Shown in pieces: positions 55,345-64,000 of a stretch of DNA of 64,000 nucleotides. The notes under the pieces were generated by a model. The model saw only the letters and a program-made list of their open reading frames with translations, had not been told where the DNA came from and did not search any database. This stretch comes from Trichoplax adhaerens. Its lineage: Eukaryota; Animalia; Placozoa. The DNA lies in contig NW_002060943.1 of assembly GCF_000150275.1 (NCBI RefSeq), positions 11,284,878 through 11,348,877 on the forward strand. Direction: 5' to 3'. The position numbers and the translations under genes were made by a program. Every line of letters begins with the position of its first letter. Position 1 is the first letter of the stretch.

Positions 55345-58300
55345 ATGCGAAAAATTGATCTGTTTCGTACTCTTCTCGTTTACTGTTCACTAGTTGTAAT
55401 TAATTTAAAAATCATTAGTGGTACAGCAACATGCAAGGAGTTTAGCCTAATCAATAGGGGCTCATTTGTATCGTGTACATCATGGAAAATGGTTCATGGA
55501 AGTAAATTAACTATGATATTTTCTACTAATACGGCGAACGGTTTAATATTAAATGGATACAGTGAAAATTATCTTGGCTTATTATTTTTCTTAACACTAC
55601 GTGATGGTAGGCCAGTTATTAATCTTATAAGAGGACACCCTCAGCGGAATTCATATAATGCTACTATTTCAAAATGCGTTAGTGATACCTTCAATCACAT
55701 TTTAGAGATACAGATCGATCACAATATCTTTACTATATCGATCGATGATATCCAACATTCAGTTCAGTTAGATAAGCCATTACCAAGTACTTCTGTTATT
55801 GCAATTCATTTTGGTAACGTTAGATTACATTCTAAACGTGAATTTAGGACTGCTATCGGCAACTCTTATCGCCACTTTAAAATGGGATCAATTATTGGCT
55901 GTTTAATGAGTATTAACTATACCAGCTCATCGTCTGCAATCGTACCTGTCATACTTAGAATGAAAGATGTTACTACTAGCTGTAAGCCATTCTGTGGATC
56001 ATTTTATCGTCGATACTTTTGTTTATCGAAAAAAAGTCATGCGTTTATGAATATCTGTACAAAGAGATCATCTCATGAAAAAATCAAGAATGATCAAGGT
56101 ACACAACTATTATGACAAAACTATTAACAATTGTGATTAACATTAGCTATTTACAATCATCGAATGTATATGATACAAATAGCTCACATCTTATTTTATG
56201 ATAGATAGAGCAGATCTAATACATTATTAATTAGTAATAATGTAATGATTGGTAAGCTCCCTTTATTCAATTGTAAGGTCTAATTAATATTGATGACCAT
56301 ACATGTCAACATTTTCGCGATTACAATTATGCTACCATAATAGTATTCATAGATATATGCATATATTATAATATGTACATAATATTAATGGAGTAGTAAG
56401 CATAAGTACTTTGATGATAAAATTCAACCGATAGCTATGAGGGATCTATGCGATAGTGTGAGAAGTAGTCAGAACTGAAATAATGCCATTATTCGCGAAT
56501 TTATCTATGGCACAGGTAAATTCACGAATGTATTTATTCTACAGGTCTCAAAATTGCCCATTTTTAGACTGGCTAATTGGTCTACAGTCAAGTACAATAG
56601 CACATAAATGTTAACCGATTAAGTCAAACCATGTTCATATCGAAATAAGGTTATCAGTTATATTCAGCTTTAGTTTTATGTTTCTTTCCTATTAAAATAT
56701 GAAGGCAGGGAAGGTTATAATATTTAGAAATTGTAATAGCTTAAGGACAATATACTTGCAAAAGTATCACCAAATGCAGTATGTGGTTTGCGGCAATAGG
56801 CTATAAATGTAGTCTATATTGAATCGCAGAAGAAATTTGAAAATCCTGAATTAGTTCCATAATATCTTATCTTTTCTACTAGAAATCAATTATCGTGATT
56901 TGATTTATATCTTATAGCTTGAGATAAAATATCTTCATATCGTTATCACTTTTCATTTCCTTCTCGAGTTAATTGTATGTGGAACTACCGGTATATTTTA
57001 CTCTTTAAAACTGCAATTTTTCACGAATTTTTAATCATCATCGGTAATCGATGTAATTAAACTAGTAGTTTAAATACTTATAAAGATATAATTTTTATGA
57101 TTTTTTACTTAGAATTGCTTGGTTACGAATTCACAAAGAAAGAGATTTTGAGGATCCGAACAAAAGCTATTCAGTTCAGATCCATTGCTTTTCAGTTCAA
57201 GACTACTCTACAGCATACATCATTAATATCAATCTACTCGAGTGGAAGTAATTTGAACTCTATATTCCAAGTTCATATTTTGAATGGTAGATTAGCTTTA
57301 AAAATGCCTAATATGAAAATGTTACGAATTGATCATCATGGCAAGATGAATGATTACCAGTGGCACTGGGTCAAAATCTTACATCATAAAAATCAAACTT
57401 ACCTTATTATTGATTCAAAATGGTCCGTTATTGAAGCTGCTTCTATATTTAAAGGTATGCTTCAAGAATTTCAGTTGGGAAGTACTGCAATAACGGCTTT
57501 CCAAGGAAGGATTCGCAATATTGTAGTTAATGGCCGTACGTTATATCCACGGAATTCGGTCTCTGATAGCAGTAAGTACAAATTACGGAAGTTAATTTCT
57601 TGCGCTTAATGGCATTTACCATTAAGGCAATCAAACTAACTTATCTTATGTATAATTATGTGAGCAATTTTGCGTTGTACTTTATTAGAACTCCTAAAAT
57701 GGTTAAAGTTAGTGATTTTTAATTGATTGTAGGCCGCATTTTGATTAGAAATAAAGTAAATAAGACTGATAACTTTTAGTAATTTATGCAACTTTGGATT
57801 ATGATTTTATGCGCACACTGAGTATTTATTGACCTTCACTATAGGACAGAAGATTTTTCAATTTATTTGTTGGGATAAATTTGACGACATTGAAGCAGGA
57901 GGGATAAATCATTTTATGAGTCATAGGTCACCGATAATTCCGAAATGTTCAGCTAGCAATTACTATATCAAGGCTATGTCATTTCCGTTAAGAAACGGAT
58001 CAACAATCCCACCTTCTTTTCCTGACTTTGTAAAAATTAAGGCACCAACTCGCGATAAGAAGGAAGATATAGTTCAGCTCGGCAGGCAAAGAAAGATGGA
58101 AATTAATGAAACTAATGATTACAATGTGACAACTTTTGATCCCTGGATAGAACTAGACAATAATTCAACAATGATATTTCACGTTACCATAGCATTGGTG
58201 TCTATAGGGGTTGCCATTTTAATTGCTATATTTGTGATACCAGTAATATTAGTTATAATATATAGAAATCAAGGCGTTTATCATACAAATAGAAAGACTT

Positions 58301-58371
58301 GGCTAGATGATATAGAAATTAAGAAGCCCATTTATATGAAGGTTGCCATCGGTGAAGAGATATTGGTATAA
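55345..58371 (+). CDS. Neurexin/Caspr-superfamily type-I membrane protein with two laminin-G domains
   Basis: Phase-1 exons 55345-56098, 57113-57571, 57845-58371. Signal peptide; LamG signatures (FSTNTANGLIL...GSIIGCL; FQFKTT...MNDYQWHWVKI...FQGRIRNIVVNG); TM helix; YRNQGVYHTN band-4.1-binding-like motif; C-terminal EEILV* PDZ ligand. Confidence 0.75.
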
Positions 58372-59849
58372 TCAATCTTTTATGAAGAATCTCCATTGAG
58401 TAGTCATTTACGATGTATTTTTAATAGTATTTATCTAAATATCCTATTACATAGTGCTGGCAATGATAATGTGATATTATAAGAAAGAATGAACAATTGC
58501 AGAAATATTGGAAGATTTTGCAATAGTGTACACTGCACGTTGTGTTATGATGGACTAATTTCATACCTTGATGCTTCTAATGATAATGCGCGTATTACTG
58601 ATTTCTTGTATCAAATTTCTGATTAATGATAGTTCTCAAGGCCATCTCATTGGCGATTGTGGTATTGACTAATTAATTTTGTATGAATACCTTGCTAAGA
58701 TAGGGTAAATAAAATTTTTCTTTAGCTTGTCATTTGTGTTCTATTATTTCCTAAAACATTAATTTTGGACAATATGATACACGTAATACCTTAATTGGCT
58801 TTGTTTTATAGTATATATATATATATATATGTACGCGTATATATAATAAATGATACTGTAATTGTGCTATAACAAGTAAGATCACACATGTGTTGTATGA
58901 TGTCCTGTAGTTGATAATATGCTTTTTTGTTACACTGTTATAGTACTAAGATATTGCCTACTGTAACTGTGATATACTGTAGTATTATAGGATGCCGTAT
59001 TAATATTTGTTATTACTGTGCACAGTACGCGTATTGCATAACGTTGCAATATAAAATAGTATTGTTGCTTCATTTCTCTCGAATACATAACCTATTTCGC
59101 TGCGGATAGAGTTTTGCAGCATTTGATATTTCAGCCATTTATTAAAATTATTATTAATGAATTGGTTGCAATATTTTGCGTAACATATACTAGTATATAT
59201 ACAATTTAGTATGTAGTACTGGCGATATGGAATAACGTTATTATTGTATGCTACTGTATATTTCACGTGAAGTAGAGCGAGCGGTACAAGTATATTAAGT
59301 TCATTAATTACTATATAATAATCAACCATTCAAGATTTCTATGCACCATGATTACACGGTACTGTATCATTGAAATCTGATAATGCTGCTCTAAGATCTC
59401 ACTTCTGATGTGCAAAATAGTTTTTTGATGATGACTTCTTCAAAATACATATTATCAAAGCTATTAAACGTCATCATCAACATGGCTGCCATACATATTG
59501 CTATGCCTATGTAACGTCTTCATCATCATCGAGTTTTTACTGTACAGTATACAGTACCAGCGACTTCTACAGTACAGCAAGACTAATAGCGTACAAGTCT
59601 GATTATTTTCGATGACATTCTTTCGTTCAAAAATCAAAGTATTCCGTTGAAATTCCTGTTTAATATTTATTTACATATACCCGTAGAAGGATATCTTCAC
59701 AGATAGTTTGGGCTTGATTTAACTTCCACAATTAAATTTTTTAGGGTGCCAACGAAATTAATCAGACTCAGTAGTGTACAGTGTACAGTACAAAGCGCAC
59801 AGTACATACATTGTGAGACAAAATACTGTACTGTACTGTACACCCTTTT

Positions 59850-60009
59850 TTTACAAACCCAATTGTCACCCCCTGAAAGTATGTACTGTAGCGAGTTTGG
59901 TTTGTACTGTACTGTACTGTATTCTACTGTACTGTACAGTACAGTACTGTACTCTACTCTACAGTACTGTACTGTACTGTACTCAGGGGGTGACAATTGG
60001 GTTTGTAAA
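59850..60009. mobile_element. MITE-like fold-back: perfect 27-bp inverted repeats enclosing (CTGTA)n
   Basis: tttacaaacccaattgtcaccccctga (59850-59876) is the exact reverse complement of tcagggggtgacaattgggtttgtaaa (59983-60009). No clear target-site duplication is visible. Confidence 0.6.
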
Positions 60010-60338
60010 GGGTTGTATGGGGCACGGCGACGATGTCTTCATCGCGGTGCTCGTACTCTTATTGTTTTACATGTAAACTGCTCTACTATACTGAACAGTA
60101 CGGTACAATAGACTGTAGTATAAAAAAAGCTTTTATTTGCATGATCACTAACGGGATCGCTTTCGTACAGGATTGCTCCATCGAAGAAGCGCGTTTCCAT
60201 TTGACGTCCTCTATCTTTAGATCAGTAAGTCTTTAATCGCTTTGAAGTACATTTACTCAATATCAGTTGAATACGCTGATATCCGATAATACTATTGGAA
60301 AAGAAATTTTCTTTATTTGCCGTTAAAATTGGGTAGAT

Positions 60339-61962
60339 ATGAACGACTTTGCTTATGGTCGAACTGACTCTGGGCCTGCCTTTGTCGGGATTCAATTTTG
60401 TCAGGAATGGTATGAAATACTACACATTTTTGAAGTGACATCCGATATTATTATTAAGTTTAGCTTGATGGTACAATAGAATGAAAAGTAAATCGCAAGG
60501 ATACTTAGGATTGACAAGACCCTTAATTTTTACTATGTTTTGTTATTGTGAACACAAACGGCAACGATTAGCAATAATATGTTATACCCTAAGGAAGATA
60601 AGGAGAATAAAGTCTTGCGATACATGGTAAGCATACTATACAGTACATCTTTCCTAAATTGATATTTTTTAATTTGGATAATTTTAATTGATGCTACAGT
60701 GTAGAAATTGTGAATATAGCCGAATTGCTGAAAATCCCTGCATATATGTTAACAAAATAACACATGAAATTAAGTAAGTTAATCCTGATGCTGAAACTTC
60801 AATGATATTGTAGCGTATTTTCGATCTACGCTTATATCAAGCTTAGGCCTCGGTTTTAGCAATAAAATCTGCGAAATATTTAACTTGTCCTACGGGTATT
60901 TATAGATTCTACGTAGTAGTCCATCATTGATAGTCATAGCATTATACTGTACCGTACTATCTCAATATTCTTGGCTTAGCAAGTTTAATTACTAGACGCG
61001 TATGTAATAAGCTATTTTAAAATTTTGTACCAGTGCACTGTGTGTTATGTAATTCCGTGATCAATTTCATTCATTGAAATTGATCTTAATGGTGTACCTT
61101 GCATTTAAGATCTGTAACGTACAGAACAGTTCAATTTAGGTTTGTTTAGCGTGTGCTCTACTGTCTACTCTGTCGAATCGTACACGAACGCATTTACGTA
61201 TCTGTATACGTTTATAATGCGAATACATGTTTACTGCTGTACACATTTGGAATCTGTAGAATGATAAACTTGCATAACTGTAGATATTATCCGGGTATCA
61301 ACGAAATGAAAAGTTGTTGTAAAAATGATATGAGATAATGCGTAGAAAAGTCAAATGTTTCAATATATACTTGTGATAATATTTTTCAAAATTTCGAACT
61401 TTTACAAAAATTTTGATCTGCTTTGCGTCTTCGGTGCTCTTGATTTTTGATATAGCGAATTAACTCAAATTATAGCTGATGTAGTTGCTGATCCTACGCT
61501 GCCTCGAACGCGTGAGCATGCCTGTCCTAAGTAAGTTTCGAACCAACATCGACATCGCTATAGTTAAATCTTAACAAGACAGCGTATATCAAAATCCGAT
61601 ATAATAAGAATTTGCCTTGCACATATATATTTAACTCAAATTATAGTTTTACAAATACCATCTACATCATAATTTGGCACTTTCCATATCTAAGAGTTTT
61701 TCGTTATTTTAGATGCATGGAACGAGAAGCTGTCTTCTTTCAAGCACAGTCGACGTTAGCAGAGGTATGTAGTATTTGTGTTGGCTTAGCGATATCAAAT
61801 CTTGATACTCTGAATTATAGAAAACTTGAAATGTGTAGTATAAGATGAACGAGATAATGCTTCATTTTCAATTGAAAACTTGTGTCTCTTATCTCGTAGG
61901 ATAATATGAAGTTATATTATGTATGCTCTGTTCAAGGATGTGGTCATCGGTGGACAGAATGA
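60339..61962 (+). CDS. POLR2I: RNA polymerase II subunit RPB9, 6 exons
   Basis: Exons 60339-60409, 60572-60626, 60700-60773, 61456-61530, 61713-61764, 61900-61962. Translation: [32 protein letters not shown]...ELTQIIADVVADPTLPRT...CPKC...EAVFFQ...MKLYYVC...CGHRWTE*. Confidence 0.97.
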
Positions 61963-62758
61963 GAGTGAACGATTCAGTATACTTACCGTAATTTTAATAT
62001 GTTGTATGTTTCGTAAAGTGGTCGAATACGCGAGTGCATAGGTGCTTATATCAAAGTCTTGATGATGATTTACGGGCAAAGTAAATTATATTTCGACAGT
62101 TGACAGCATGCACATACTCATATAGTAAATTTCACTTCAAGTTTTTTTGTAGTATTGCTGTAAATATAGTTACTGCTTAACAAATGTTAAATGTATATGT
62201 ATATCTCACACACTTATATTAAAAGAAAAGACTGCTGATTCATATGTCAATTTTATGCGGTATATCAATTTACGCAGGATTTTCATATTCATTAAGAAAT
62301 AGTTTAATCCTATAGTCCAATCACCGATTTAACGTGTTACAACATGGCAGAGTAAGACAAAAATTGCAAATGAGCTTTTTTGTCTTGGGCAATTTCAATC
62401 GCAGCAATTAGTTAAATCAGAAAGTAATAGTTTACTTTGATAATGCAACAGATTTTATCATGCGGTATCAATACCGACAATGAATGTACATCGCTACATT
62501 ACTCCATACTCGTAGTAATAAGTACTTCGGATAGTTCAAACATGGATCTATCAATGGAAATATTCTCCTCTGATTACATTACTAGCAAATCGTAAAAAAA
62601 CTCTCCTTTTAATCTACTACTATATTCCAGTTTTCATGTTACTTTTTGCAGTACTATAAATTCATTCATAATAATGATCTATAATTTTCATAACACTAAA
62701 TAAGCTACATTCTCTTGAGGTAAACCAGTAGTAAAAAATTTTAAGGCGCTGTAATAGA

Positions 62759-63986
62759 TCAGACGGCGGTATCGTCCTTTGCTGGGCTTTTCACTGGCGC
62801 TGGGCTTTTTACTAGCGCTGGGCTTTTTACTGGCGATTTAGCGGGAATCCTCTATAATGATTCATGCAGTATAATAGATCAATTATACCAATAACGTATG
62901 ATTGTGCGCATAAAAATGCAGGTACAAAACAATTAGTTTATTTAAACTACCTTGGTTGATCCAACGTGTTTGGCATTAGTAATCTTTTCTGCTAGTTCCC
63001 GCTTAGTCTAATTTTTGATTTGATGTTCATGAGTGAAAAAATATTATATAAATAACAAAGATGACTATGATTAGGATGTTACCTTTGCCAAATCATCTGC
63101 TAGTTTGCTGTGCTGAGCTTCTAAAGAACGGTAAGCTTCATCTCGAGCAGTTAGAGCTTTCGATTTCTGATCCAGTATCGTATCCGCCGACGAAAGCTTC
63201 GATTTTACCTAATTTTTGATATTATAAACATACCGTATAAAATTAGTATTTGACTGTACTAATTTAACTAATGGTGGTATAGTTTTGGTTGTACCTCATC
63301 TAATTCTTTGCGTACATCCTAAAAGTAAGTAAAAAAGGTAACAAAAATTATGGTATATTTTTCAATAATATTTAAGGAATCGATCGATAGAGATATCAAC
63401 CAACGAAATGATTAAATAAAAAATAAATATTTTTATAAGTTTGCAATTACAACGTACTTGCATATCATCATTGTTCTTTTCCAATTTCTGTAAATATGTA
63501 CAAATATGAAACAACGTTATTTTTTGTTTACTATTATAGATATTTTTTAGAAATACATTAGAATGACATACAGTGAGTTTTTCTTTAAGTTTCGAAGCAG
63601 CCACTCTTTCTGCAATCAAATCTTGATTATATTTATTCGCTGTACTGCCAGTCTTGAATATTATTTTATTAAAAAGAATAATTTAGCGTTAAAGTAGAAT
63701 TTATCAACTGCTATAATATACAGTAGTAGTTGTACCTTAGCTAATTCAGTCTGCAGTTGTTTCAGCTCTACCCTCAATTTACCCGTTTTATCTTGAGACT
63801 CCGCTACTGCTATTTCCAGCTAAAGGAATAAAAATTTATCGTAACGCTCTTGTAATACTGTAATTACAACAATACTTTAAGTAATTATAGAATACATACT
63901 TTTTTGGAATTGGCAGTTAAATCATTATTACGCGAATGTTCTTTGTCTAGCTCCTTCAATGAATTTTCAAGCTTGTCACTTAATTC
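62759..63986 (-). CDS. 3' part of a coiled-coil protein ending in KSP repeats (gene runs off the right edge)
   Basis: Eight phase-0 exons: ~63986-63900, 63819-63736, 63652-63572, 63487-63458, 63317-63294, 63208-63083, 63007-62951, 62851-62759. Heptad-like E/K/L-rich sequence; ends RIPAKSPVKSPALVKSPAPVKSPAKDDTAV*. Confidence 0.8.
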
Positions 63987-64000
63987 CTAAATTTATTATA

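Overview
AT-rich, gene-dense eukaryotic (animal) genomic DNA with short GT-AG introns. Composition, compactness and gene content suggest a placozoan such as Trichoplax; this is inference, not proven. Manual splicing supports 11 protein-coding genes: PUS10 (5' fragment, -), a Dictyostelium/bacterial-type deoxynucleoside kinase (+), CLPTM1 (+), LCLAT1 (-), HECTD1 (+), an EF-hand/CaaX protein (+), two divergently oriented ATF3/Fos-family bZIP genes (- and +), ADCK1 (+), a short two-LamG neurexin/Caspr-like membrane protein (+) and POLR2I/RPB9 (+). The 3' end of a twelfth gene, a coiled-coil protein with a KSP-repeat tail (-), closes the window. Non-coding structure includes two adjacent tandem arrays (~200 bp and 137 bp units), several fold-back elements, a probable LINE reverse-transcriptase relic, and a palindromic (TACAG/CTGTA)n satellite that clusters at gene 5' ends. 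Most short ORFs in the supplied track are spurious. Several real genes (PUS10, the minus-strand bZIP, most of RPB9) are absent from the track because their exons are small. Homology calls come from remembered motifs, not from database searches.
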